DNA from: Okamejei kenojei
Lineage: Eukaryota
Direction of reading: 5' to 3'
NCBI GenBank assembly: GCA_035221665.1
Contig: CM069132.1
Coordinates: forward strand, 40,610,001-40,674,000
DNA: 64,000 nt
Each line of letters opens with the position of its first letter. Within the stretch, counting starts at the first letter, position 1. Of this stretch, positions 25,161 through 36,369 are shown one piece after another. Under the pieces are notes generated by a model that had not been told where the DNA came from, did no database searches, and worked only from the letters and a program-made list of their open reading frames with translations. A program made the position numbers and the translations under genes.

Positions 25161-25178
25161 TTAATTTCTGTTTCACAG

Positions 25179-25253
25179 GAAGACGAAGAAGAGCTCGAGG
25201 ATGATGACGAAGAAGGTGATGATGAAAATGATTTCACCCCAGTGAATGAATGA
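25179..25253 (+). CDS. Probable terminal coding exon of an unidentified host gene: EDEEELEDDDEEGDDENDFTPVNE*
   Basis: Acceptor TTTCTGTTTCACAG, acidic codons with synonymous variation, TGA stop, AATAAA 148 nt downstream. Confidence 0.6.
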   Translation, partial: EDEEELEDDDEEGDDENDFTPVNE

Positions 25254-25400
25254 ACGAATGAATTAAATGTAGAAAAAATAAAACAGTTAAATGCCTCAAC
25301 TGTGGATCAACTATTAGAAAGGCATTTGTCATCTTTGTACTTCATTGCAATTATCACCAACTGTTAATTTGTCCGTTAATTCTTTGTCTGTAAACCTGTT

Positions 25401-25406
25401 AATAAA
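25401..25406 (+). promoter_or_regulatory. Putative polyadenylation signal
   Basis: AATAAA followed about 20 nt later by a GT-rich tract (GTGTGTGTGTATGT). Confidence 0.5.
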
Positions 25407-26189
25407 TACCTTCATAACTTGTTAAAAGTGTGTGTGTATGTAGATATCCTTTATTCATAGCATTCATTTATCTGTACTTGTTGATCAATATCAGATTGAA
25501 ATAACAAAACATTTGGTTGCTCAAATAGCTCTTTTTATAAAGAATAATCAAACTCTTGATGTGTTTTAACAGAATTAAATATCATTAAAGAAATTTAAAT
25601 AATTAGTACACTCGATTTTCAGAAAGAGCCGTGACATATTTTGCGCTCATGATTGTTCAGATTACAACTGCATCGTTTGAAAAATTTGTCACCATTAAAT
25701 CCAAATTTAATAGCCACATTGAAATTGCAGTAACACTATTAGAAACAATTCTCTAACAATAGCAAACGGTGTAAATTAGATGCCAAACCTGCATGGCAAG
25801 CCCACTGATCTGTCATGTGCCCATGAAAGTACCTCTTCAGTAGACCACGTACCTGCATGCAGTTCTCGAGTAAGAAGCCAGGTCCCCCTGCCACATGAAG
25901 TCCAGTGCATCAAAGGCCTTTTCTTATCAAAGGCTGAGCTTTCACAATTTCCTTGACAACCATATGCAAATCATCTTCCAGAGATTTTTGCTTATTGTGG
26001 TTCAGATCAAATCATATCCTGTTTAGTCTACACAGATTTAACATGACGGGGTAAAAGACCCAAAGCAGGAAGGAAGCAAATGAAAAGATGAGGGCAAATA
26101 CTGTAGTAAAATAGAACAATATTAACTGACAGGACAGACAGGAGCTTGGCAAAGAGAGGGGAAATAACAGATGATGGCAAAACGGCTGA

Positions 26190-27810
26190 TGTCAGGGAGT
26201 GAATTGGCTTGAGGGACTGGGATATTATAGCCATTCGAGAAACATGGCTGAGATAAGTGCAGGACTGGCAGTTTTATGTTGCAAGCATAGATGCTACCGG
26301 TGTGATAGAGATTCAGGTAAGAGAGGAGGGAGATTTGCCTTTTTGATCAGGGGGGACATAACTAGTTCTTCGAGAGCAAGCTCTTTGACAATGCCCTGCA
26401 TGGTAGGCTAGTCTAGAAGATTAGACTGCATGGAACTCATAGAACATTAGCCAAGAAGGAGTCAAAGGGTTTCTAATTGGAGGCCCATGACCAGTGGTGT
26501 GCGGCAGAGTCAGTACTTGGTCCACTTTTGTTTATCATGTACATCAATGATTTGAATGACAATGTAGTTAATGTTATTAAGAAATTTGCAGATTACATCA
26601 AATTGGCGATGTATTGGACAGGAGAGGAAGGATTTCTAAGTTTACAATGGGGTCTATATCAATTGGGAAAGTGGTTCCAAGCAATGGCAAATGGGATTTA
26701 ACTAACAATTAAGAGGTATTGTACTGTGGTATATTAAACCATAAAACAATGTACGCAGTAAATAGTAGAACCCTGGAGAATGTTGCAGAATAGAGAGATC
26801 TGCTACAGATGCCTGGTTCCTTGGAAGATACACCAGGGACAATTTACAGGTCAATTAACCTACAACCCTGTACATCTTTGGAAACTGGAGCACCTAGAGA
26901 AAACCCACTCGGTCACAGGGAGAATTTACAAACCCATACAGACAGCACCTGTAGGCTGGATCGTATCCGGGTCTCTGGCGCTGTAAGGCAGTAACTCTGC
27001 CGGTGCCCCTCTGTGCCACCCTAGGATCACTTGGAGTACTGTATGCAGTTCTGGTCACACAGCTATGGGAAGGATGTCATGAAGTTGGAAAAAGTGCAGA
27101 AGAGATTCGCGAGAATGTTACCTAGACGATATACAGCAGGTTAGATAGGTTGGCACTTTTCTCCAGCAAAGGTGACTGATGTCCCTGTCCCACATAGGAA
27201 ACCTGAACGGAAACGTCTGGAGACTTTGCACCCCACCCAAGGTTTCTGTGCGGTTCCTGGAGGGTTTTTCAGTCTCCCTAACGGTCGAAAGTGATATCCG
27301 TTTTAAAAATCGGTAATTTTTTAGTCGAAGCCGGTTGGGATGCTAGTTGAAGGTGGTTGCCGGAGGACAAAAACCTCCGGGAACTGCCGGGAACCACACG
27401 GAAATCTTGGGTGGGGCGCAAAGTCTCCAGAGGTTTCCGTTCAGGTTTCCTAAGTGGGACAGGGGCATTAATGATCACCTTATTGAAGTGTAATAGACCA
27501 GGAAGGCATGGATAAAGTGAATGCTCATTGTCTAATTCTGATGGTGGAGGATTATAAAACTAAAGGGTATAGGTTTAAGTGGGAGAGGAGGGATTTAAGA
27601 GGGAATGGGGGCAATTTTTCACCTATAGTATAGATTGCATCGGGAATGAGCTGTCAGAGGAAACTGTTGAAACAGATACAATTATAACTTTCAAAGACAT
27701 CTGGACAGGGTATAGAGATCTATGGGCTATATGGAGACAAATTAGACCAGCTCAGTATGCCAACGTGGTAGGCATGGACAATGGGCTAAAGGATCCATGA
27801 CTGAATATAT
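26190..27810 (+). mobile_element. Old fragmented CR1 carrying a nested minus-strand V-SINE (about 26830-27021) and a MITE
   Basis: SVLGPLLFIMYINDL...KFAD in ORF 26477-26701; degenerate EN and 3' segments. Confidence 0.75.
27180..27467. mobile_element. Palindromic MITE, PIF/Harbinger-like, copy 1
   Basis: Long TIRs TG(T/C)CCCTGTCCCAC...GTGGGACAGGGGCA; flanks TGA and TTA. Confidence 0.8.
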
Positions 27811-28322
27811 GCTTCTATCAGCAGGTGGATGCTCACATTGTAATTTACTCATTTCCATTTAATTTTAAAAGAAAATTGGGATCTGGTTTAAACAACGTTC
27901 TCACTATAAAATAGTGGATATTAATTATCATTAATTTTAATGCTTATTCCGACCAAAGGAACAAATCCATCCTAACTAGCACCTCCCACCTTGACTATCA
28001 ACTAACACATTAATTTCTCTATCTTCAGGTAACCCCTGCATTCCCTCTTTCTCCATCCCTCCCTACCCCACCCCCCCCCCTTCATTAAATTGTTCCATAT
28101 ATCTCTACATCACTGTCTTTATCTCTCATTTCCCTTTCCCGTGATTTTAAAGAAGGGTCTCGACCTGAAACGTCACCCATTCCTTCGCTCCAGAGATGCT
28201 GCCTGTCCCGCTGAGTTAATCCAGCATTTTGTGTTATCTTCAGTTTAAAGCAGCATCTGCAGTTCCTTATTACACGCCTCAATGTTACTGACAGCTAGCC
28301 AGCTCAGATTGTTGCACACAGC

Positions 28323-29625
28323 CCTTTCCAGGATGGTGCTGTCACAGCTGTATAGTCCGTTCCCACAGCTGTATAGTCCGTTCCCACAGCTGTATAGTAT
28401 GTCCCCACAGCTGGATAGTATGTTCCCACATCTGTATAGTATGTTCCCACATCTGTATAGTATGTTCCCACAGCTCTATAATATGTCCCCACAGCTGTAT
28501 GCCCTGTTCCCACAACTATGTAGTCTGTTCCCACTGCTGTACAGTCTACATCTGTATAGTCCGTTCTCACAGCTGCATAATTTGCTCCCATGGCAGTAAA
28601 GTCCATTCCTACAGCTGTATAGTCCGTTCCCACAGCTGTATAATCTGTTCACACAGTTGTATATTCTTTTTTCACAGTTGTACCACAGCTGTATAGTCCA
28701 TTCCCATATCTGTATAGTCTGTTCCCACAGCTGTATAGCCCGTTCCGACAGATTACTATCTAAATGGCGTCGTTAGGAAAAGGGGAAGTACAACAGGATC
28801 TGGGGGTCCTTGTACATCAGTCTATGAAAGTAAACATGCAGGTACAGCAGGCAGTGAAGAAAGCGAATGGCATGTTGGCCTTTATAACAAGGGGAATCAA
28901 ATATAGGAGCAAAGAGGTCCTTCTGCAGTTGTACAGAGCCCTAGTGAGACCACACCTGGGGTATTGTGTGCAGTTTTGGTCCCCTAATTTGAGGAAGGAC
29001 ATTCTTGCTATTGAGGGAAAGCAGCGTAGGTTTACAAGGTTAATTCCCGGGATGGCGGGACTGTCATATGCTGAGAGAATGGAGAAGATGGGCTTGTACA
29101 CTCTGGAGTTTAGAAGGATGAGAGGGGATCTCATTGAAACAAATAAGATTGGTAAGGGCTTGGACACACTAGAAGCAGGAAACATGTTCTCGATGTTAAA
29201 GGAGTCCAGAACCAGGGGCCACAGTTTAAGAATAAGGAGTAAGCCATTTAGAACGGAGACGAGGAAACACTTTTTCTCACAGAGAGTGGTGAGTGCGGAA
29301 TTCTGTCTCAGAGGGTGGTGGAGGCAGGTTCTCTGGATGCTTTCAAGAGAGAGCTAGATAGGGCTCCTAAAAATAGCGGAGTCAAGGGATATGGGGAGAA
29401 GGCAGGAACGGGGTACTGATTGGGGATGATCAGCCATGATCACATTGAATGGCGGTGCTGGCTCGAACGGCCAAATGGCCTACTCCTGCGCCTATTGTCT
29501 ATTGTCTATTGTCACAGCTTCATAGTCTTCCCACAGCTGCTGTTCTCACAGTTGTATAATCTGTACCCACAGCTGTATAGTCTATTCCCACATCTGTATA
29601 GTCTTTTCCCACAGCTGCATAGTCT
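28323..29625. repeat. 21-bp minisatellite (TCCCACAGCTGTATAGTCCGT) split by a CR1 insertion
   Basis: Degenerate tandem units at about 28323-28747 and 29512-29625. Confidence 0.9.
28748..29511 (+). mobile_element. Young 5'-truncated CR1
   Basis: ORF 28764-29357 closely similar to 2560-3199; (CTATTGT)3 tail. Confidence 0.9.
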
Positions 29626-30740
29626 GGGTCCAGGGCAGTATTGTCTCGTCCAACAGCTGCTCGAGTTTAGCTTCTGAGCCCACCTATCGACTACACTGAA
29701 AGTCCATTGCCATTCATTATTTAGTGTTGGGTCCTGTGCATTTCAAAGAGAGCACTGTGAAGGAACACCAAGCCAGGCAAAAGTGTATAGGAAGCCAGTA
29801 CTATGTAAATGTACAATGTTAATTTGTGTCCATTAGGCAGGGGGTTATCAATAAATTGGGTGTTTTTTTCATTGTGTTCCTGTGGAAGCTGAGCTGGTAT
29901 GAAGGGAAGGTGTGGAACACGAATGAAAGGGGAACTGGGTTTGCAACTACTGCAATTGCACTTGGCTTAAGGTGTTCACAGAAGGTTTGGACTGAAACAA
30001 GCTGTGTTCGTTTCCTGCACCCTTCCTCGTTCCAATCTGCTCTTTCAGCTGTCTGTAGTGTGGCTGTTGGTGAGGACTAAACACACATTTTGGCGCACAT
30101 AGAAGCTCACCATTATTTTGAAATCCCTTCTGGCGAATGCTGCAAGGCTCACCCAGAGAGGTCTAAGCAGCTGTGCCAGAGGTATATGGAGTGCAGCATT
30201 TTATATAGCAACCTGGCAGGTTATCCTTGCAATCAGCCTTGCCAATAGAGAGTGATGCTTTGTGACCAGCAGCCACTCTTTGCTGTGTCGTGGTGGCTCA
30301 GATGCAGCTGGCAGGGAATTAAAGCATCAGGATTGCTGTCTGATACTGGGTGTTGAGCTGCAGGATCCTTAAGAAATAGGAGCTGGCAAAGTGGACAGCA
30401 CAACAATGAAGTAGTTACATTACTGTGCAGGGAGGGCTCTGACAGACTAGCAAATTGTGGCCACACACCAATGTTGAGAGAATGAAACAGAACTAACATT
30501 TCAGGTTAAAAACCCTTCATTAGGACTGGAAAACAGAGGAAAGCAAGCATGTTTTAAGCCTCGGAGGGGGAGTGTGGGGGACATGGAGAAAACAAAGGAT
30601 ATGTCTTCTCGACGATGGCTGGAGACTTAAGGTTATACAGGTTACACAATTGATTTTGGGGCATCTAGTTGTGTCACCTGGACAACCTTAGTCTCCATCC
30701 ATTCGCACTGTTCCCTCTACCCTCCTCGACTCTACAGTTA

Positions 30741-31293
30741 TTGCTGCTGCTGTCTCTGTTTGTTGTTCGCCTGACTGAGGTCAGTTCACCAAGGGGAGGT
30801 CAACAACATGAGCCGGAGGCTGGTGTACAAGGCCCCATCGGATGCCAAACATCCTCTGCACCACCTCACCCAGGACTCACAGCTACTGGGACCTCAACAC
30901 CTGTCATCTCGTCGGCCCTTCCCCCATCACACAGCGACCCTCTAAGGCTCCGGTTTCATCATACTATGAGCACCGAGAACCAGCTGGGAACAGGCTTTGC
31001 GACCTCCACAATTCACTGTTGCACGGAACACCATAGCCCCACCTGACTCAGACCTGCCCCGCAAAGAGTGGGTCGCTCTGAACCGGCTCCATACAGGGGT
31101 CGGCCGGTTCAACGCCAACAAGCATTGCTGGGGGCTGCGTTCATCAGCAGCCTGCATCTGTGGAGGACTGCTCTGTCCTCCGCCCCCCTGGTGGGGGGGT
31201 AGACCTCATGGCCCTTGACAACAGCACATTGAACTGGCTACAGCGCCTGCAGGGCGTTACATAACTTCTGCTGCCTCAAAAGCAAGATGAAGA
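30741..31293 (+). mobile_element. RTE-clade LINE 3' fragment with 12-bp TSD
   Basis: DLPRKEWVALNRLHTGVGRF...CICG C-terminus; tail GCAAGATGAAGA; TSD ACTCTACAGTTA at 30729-30740 and 31294-31305. Confidence 0.75.
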
Positions 31294-32261
31294 ACTCTAC
31301 AGTTAAAAAACATGCCTGGTTTTCTTCGTTTTCCAGACTTTTCAAATCATTGACCTGAAATATTGCTTCTGTTTCTGTTTCCACGGATGCTGCCTGACCT
31401 GCTGTGTATTTCCAGCATTTTCTGCTTTTGGTTCAAATTTCCAGTGTCTGCAGTGACTGAGATACTAAAGTGAGGCTAAATTTGAGCAAGTAAGCAATCC
31501 ACGAGCACTAATTAGGCATATGTCTATTAAAATCATTTTTTCAGTTATGGGCATCACAGGATGTCTTGCATTTATTGTTTTAATCAATGCATTTTGATAA
31601 CATTTCAAAAAATAATAATCTAATTGATTCTCCCCCTAACAATGCAAGTTCACTATCTTTGTTTAATCCCTAGCTTTCTAAGTGTAGAATAGTAAGATTA
31701 AACGAGAACTTACCAGTTCGAAGTTTGATCTTTATTTTATGAGGAGTAACGATGAGGGATTACGTGAAGAAGCCCCGCCTGGCGCTGGAACAGCATACTT
31801 CAAAGCAGCAGCATGAAAAACACAGAACACAATAGCCGGAGTAAGATAGTAAGGCTCATCATAGATTTAGAACTACCAGATGATCATTTATTTTATGAGG
31901 GTGTGGAGTGGAGGGCACGTAATCCCTCATCGTTACTCCTCATAAAATAAAGATCAAACTTCGAACTGGTAAGTTCTCGTTTAATCTTACTATTTTACTT
32001 CGGAGTCACGTGAGTGACTACGTGAAGATTTTGAAGCTTCTGTGTTTTTCATGTCGTAGAATTCTTCCATACAACAGTCCGGCTAGGTCAACACATACAT
32101 GAGAAAACCAGACTAGTTTTAGTTCTTTCCATAAATCTTTTAATGATAAAAGAACATATAATAACCCTCTTTTATACCCGAGGGAACCATTACAAAGTGA
32201 TAAAAGATATAAGTGATAACATAATTGATAATATCAATCAATAGTGAAACAAAGCAGGTGA

Positions 32262-33234
32262 TTATAGTGAACCCAACACCGCGTGTCCAAAGCCTGTCAT
32301 TGTGTGAACAGGTTTATTGTAGAACTTTGAAAAAGTTTCTTCTTTACACCACCCTGCGGTTTCTAAAATATGTTCGAGTGGTACGTCCTGTAACTTCGCC
32401 GCGGATGTAGCTGCTGCCCTGGTGGAGTGAGATTTGAACACATCAGTGTCTACTCCTGCTAAAAGTAACACCTGTTTTAACCACCTTGAAATTGTTTGCA
32501 CTGAAGCTTTTGTGTGTGGTTTCTTATGCGTAATCATTAATGTTTTTTTCATCTCCCCGAAGAGTTTTAGTAACTTTTACATAATGATTCAAATGTTTAA
32601 CTACACACAACGTTGGATCAATGGGATAAGCTTGAAACATTACCTTCGCTTCAGTTCTCCCTGGTCTGCTTTGTTTGATCAGATCATAAACATAGAACAC
32701 AATGTTATCTGCAGTCACATGCATACAGTCTAAACGTAACATTTGTAATGTTTGCACCCTTTGAGCTGAAACCAATGCCATTAACATTACTAATTTAAAT
32801 GTTAACCTTTCCAATGACAAACCTTCGATTGGAGTCCATTGCCTAAGTAAGGTAAGTACAATGCTAACATCCCAAATTTCTGTATATCTTGGTTTGGGTG
32901 GATTTTTGTTAAAGATTCCTTTCATAAATCTGGATATTAATGGATGTGACCCAATTGATTTCTGGTCTGAGATTTGTCCTAAATAAGATGATAAGGCACT
33001 ACGTGCACTATTAATGGCACTGTAACTTAAGTGTTGTTCAAAATGCAATTCGGCAAGGAACTCCAATATGTTTGCAATGTTCACAGTATGATAGGATATA
33101 TTTGACTGTCTGCAAAATTTTTCCCATTTCTTTATATGTGTCATATATTGTCTCTGAGTGCTATCTCGCCATGATGCGACTATAATATCCATAGTTCTAT
33201 CCGATAATCCAAGCTCCTGTAGTGGTCTGGTCAA
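32262..33234 (-). CDS. DIRS tyrosine recombinase (one frameshift at 32543-32549)
   Basis: ORFs 32524-33234 and 32262-32552; catalytic R (SAQR), K, HSTR, W (AGW) and Y (KFYNK). Confidence 0.9.
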
Positions 33235-34934
33235 AACCTGCAGATTAACAAATTCATATAAGCATGTAATGGATGAATTTCTTTGGTTACTGGTTTTATC
33301 AATAAATCACTGCTGCTAGGAATTGACATATATGGTTCTTTAATCATGTTTAACATTAATGGGAACCATGGTTGTGTCGGCCAATTTGGAATTACCAATA
33401 ATCCTGTGGCAGAATCTTGTTCTATTTTCTTCAGACATTGCTGAACCAGAGCAAATGGTGGAAAAGCATAAAAGAACATATTCCCCCAGTTTAGTGAAAA
33501 AGCATCTACTGCTACTGCGTCTGGATCTGGTTCCCAAGACACATATTTAGGCAATTGATGATTTAGTCTTGAAGCAAACAGATCAATGTCTGGTAACCCA
33601 TATTGAGTCACAATTTTACTGGAAATTACTGGGTTCAACATCCATTCTGTGTTATCTTTAAACATCCTTGATCTATTGTCTGCCACCACATTGTCTTTAC
33701 CTGGGATATAATTTGCCGAAATCCAAATTTGGTGGTTAATACACCATTGCCATATCTGATTGACCAAACAATCACATGATACCGATCTGACTCCACCCAT
33801 GTGATTAATATATGCAACAGCTGTTTTATTGTCTAATTGTATCAGTACATGCAGATTCTTTTTTGTAGAACAATATGCCTTCAACCCATAAAATGCACCC
33901 AATAATTCTAAATAATTAATACCATATGTTTGGAGAAACATTTCCTCTTGGACAGTCCATCTGCCTCCATAGTTGGTGAATGAATCTGTCGCCCCCCATC
34001 CGAGAGCACTAGCATCTGTTTGTAAAATCACTTCAGGCTGTTGTATCAGAACCTTTTTAGCAGCTTGTGGGACATTTTCAATCCACCATTGTAATTCCAA
34101 TAAAGCTTCTTTTGTTAATTGCATAGGCCTATCAAAATGGCCTGCTCTCTTTTTTAGAGCTCTTATTTTGTCCCTTTGAAGGTTTTGGTAATGTAATGGA
34201 CCAAATTCTACTGCAGGAAATGCTGCTACTAGTTTACCAATAACCTTTGCTACTTCTCGGATGGAGGGATAAGGTTTGTGAATGAGACCCCTACAGGTCA
34301 CCAAAATATCATCAATCTTATCTGTTGGCAAAGTTACTAACATAGTAACTGAGTTAATTACAAACCCCAAATAGTTAATTGACTGTGCTGGCTGCAGCTG
34401 GGACTTAATTGGATGAATCAAGAAACCTAACTTCTCAAATAAAGTTTTAGTTGCTGAAACTGATTTTTCAGCTGATTCCTGATTACTATTGATGATTAAA
34501 ATGTCATCCAGATAAGCCATAATGATGTGCTTTTGTGCTCTTAATTGTGCTAAAGCTGGTTTCAACAGCTTTGTAAAGAGCCTGGGAGCTGAACTTAACC
34601 CATTTGGTAAACCTTTGAATTGCCACAGCTGTCCCAGCCAATTAAATTTTAAATACCTTAGAAAGAACTGATGTATTGGTACTGAATAGTACGCATCCTT
34701 TAAATCAATTGTAGCCATATAACAACCTGCTGATATCAAATGTCTTGCAGTGTTAAATGTTTCCATTTTAAAATGTTTATATTCAACAAATTTATTAAGA
34801 TTTGTAAGGTCCAGAATAATTCTGCAACCACCATCTTTTTTTATTTCTTGGAAATATATTTGACACAAATTGATGCTCATGTTCAACAGTTTTTTCAATA
34901 ACACCTTTTTTAAACAATTTGTCAATTTCCACAT
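33231..34934 (-). CDS. DIRS RT / RNase H / Dam-like methyltransferase
   Basis: IDLKDAYY, LPNGLSSAPRLFTK, YLDD; TDAS, INYLEL, DNKTAV, NVVAD; IDLFAS...YAFPPF...PNWPTQPW. Confidence 0.92.
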   Translation of the reverse strand: MWKLTNCLKKVLLKKLLNMSINLCQIYFQEIKKDGGCRIILDLTNLNKFVEYKHFKMETFNTARHLISAGCYMATIDLKDAYYSVPIHQFFLRYLKFNWLGQLWQFKGLPNGLSSAPRLFTKLLKPALAQLRAQKHIIMAYLDDILIINSNQESAEKSVSATKTLFEKLGFLIHPIKSQLQPAQSINYLGFVINSVTMLVTLPTDKIDDILVTCRGLIHKPYPSIREVAKVIGKLVAAFPAVEFGPLHYQNLQRDKIRALKKRAGHFDRPMQLTKEALLELQWWIENVPQAAKKVLIQQPEVILQTDASALGWGATDSFTNYGGRWTVQEEMFLQTYGINYLELLGAFYGLKAYCSTKKNLHVLIQLDNKTAVAYINHMGGVRSVSCDCLVNQIWQWCINHQIWISANYIPGKDNVVADNRSRMFKDNTEWMLNPVISSKIVTQYGLPDIDLFASRLNHQLPKYVSWEPDPDAVAVDAFSLNWGNMFFYAFPPFALVQQCLKKIEQDSATGLLVIPNWPTQPWFPLMLNMIKEPYMSIPSSSDLLIKPVTKEIHPLHAYMNLLICRF

Positions 34935-36369
34935 TTATTTCTGCCTCTTCAATTGCTGAAAACATGAAACCATAAGCAGGTTTATTTTGTACCGGAGAAT
35001 TAACACCTTCTTTAAATGTAATAGTAGCTCCTGAAACTGTTTGTAAAATAAACCGATCAGATGTGATGGCAAGCCATTCATCATAAAACATTTGTAATCT
35101 CCCTCCAACTGGAGATTTGTCCACAGTTTCTTTAAGCATAGAATAAATTTTTTGTACCTCTCCATATGAACGTGGTGGTCTCCTTCTCCCCGTATACGGG
35201 TGAACATTAGGCTGTGTCGGATGATAGTATTTTCTTATCATACTCCTGCCTCTGTTTCCAAAATCAAATCCCCTTCTTGACGAAAAATACCTTTTTTGTC
35301 CAAAGACGAAAGCTCTCATGTGGCTAATAGATTTAGCCTCTTCATCCATTTCTCTTATTTGTTTAGGCAGGTTTTCTCCAAATAGATAACCAGGAGCTTG
35401 AACACCACTTGATCGACACAGACTTGCAAACCTTGGATGAAATATGGGCCGAATCGCAATTTTCCTCATACAATTAATTTCATAGAAGGAATTGCATAAT
35501 AAGCCCAAAGTATCTTTTTGGATTTTATCCATCTCCAACCCCTCCATTTGCCTTCCAAAAGCAGTAATGGCAGCAGAAATCAATTTGAGGATTCTTTGAA
35601 ATCTTATTTCTTGTCCTCTCATGCCTGGAGTCATAGGCGTCCATATAGACGGATTAACCGTAGGTACCTTCAATGAGGTGCAATTTTCCGGTGTTTTATA
35701 TAATTCTGCTGTTTCAATCATCACAGAATCTTGAAGTTGGTGAGATACCATATAATTAATACTGGCAGCTAGGTTTTCTTCCATAGCCTCACCACTTCCT
35801 TCAGGTATAGCAAAATCTTTTGCCATTTCAGGCACATCTGGCCTTCTCTTTTTTATTCGTGGTGTGCACTCATAATCCACATCACCACTTGCAGGGTCTG
35901 TCTTTTGCAGCCCTGATACACTTGGAATTATATCCAATGAGACTTCCTCCGCCCTTAATCCTGGGTCCGGAGTTTCAAATTCCCAATTTGGCACATAGCC
36001 ATATTCTGTATATTCAAGCCCCTCAGGGTCATTTTGGGAAACTTCTGGGTACTGTGACCCTTGTCTCATTATATTTTGGAGCACTTTCTCCATATGTTCC
36101 ATTTTTAGCCATATAGCTTTATTATCCGGAGGACTTTCATTATCAGAGTCATTATCAGAAACCACGGGCCTCACGGATTTCTTTTTACATTTTCTAGGAA
36201 CATTTTCCTCCATGGTTTGTATTTCTGGAGAAATTATAGTCTCACTAACGGGTGAATCAGCGGCCACCGGTATCGGAACCGGATCCGCACTAAACTCTTG
36301 TCCCGTATCTTTAGCTTCACCCCGGGACAATCTTTTTACCCGCAAAATTTTCCTTTGAGACTTCTCCAT
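34795..36369 (-). CDS. DIRS gag-like protein running in frame into the RT N-terminus
   Basis: 524-aa ORF; gag-like (PENC..LKVP.VN..IW, LFGENL) then VGGRL..FYDEW...IDKLFKKGVIE...FVSNIF. Confidence 0.85.
   Translation of the reverse strand: MEKSQRKILRVKRLSRGEAKDTGQEFSADPVPIPVAADSPVSETIISPEIQTMEENVPRKCKKKSVRPVVSDNDSDNESPPDNKAIWLKMEHMEKVLQNIMRQGSQYPEVSQNDPEGLEYTEYGYVPNWEFETPDPGLRAEEVSLDIIPSVSGLQKTDPASGDVDYECTPRIKKRRPDVPEMAKDFAIPEGSGEAMEENLAASINYMVSHQLQDSVMIETAELYKTPENCTSLKVPTVNPSIWTPMTPGMRGQEIRFQRILKLISAAITAFGRQMEGLEMDKIQKDTLGLLCNSFYEINCMRKIAIRPIFHPRFASLCRSSGVQAPGYLFGENLPKQIREMDEEAKSISHMRAFVFGQKRYFSSRRGFDFGNRGRSMIRKYYHPTQPNVHPYTGRRRPPRSYGEVQKIYSMLKETVDKSPVGGRLQMFYDEWLAITSDRFILQTVSGATITFKEGVNSPVQNKPAYGFMFSAIEEAEINVEIDKLFKKGVIEKTVEHEHQFVSNIFPRNKKRWWLQNYSGPYKS

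Noticed and set aside
28323-28747. Regularly spaced repeats as a CRISPR array or a repeat-protein gene
   Set aside because: Units are head-to-tail with no unique spacers and no cas genes; open frames follow from the 21-bp period
34836-34842. Programmed -1 frameshift at AAAAAAAG in the DIRS
   Set aside because: Restoring the RT frame needs +1, not -1, and the site lies inside the RT domain
32262-34934. Prophage or bacterial retron (phage-like integrase, RT and methylase)
   Set aside because: Domain order, ITR/ICR termini and eukaryotic repeat context identify a DIRS retrotransposon
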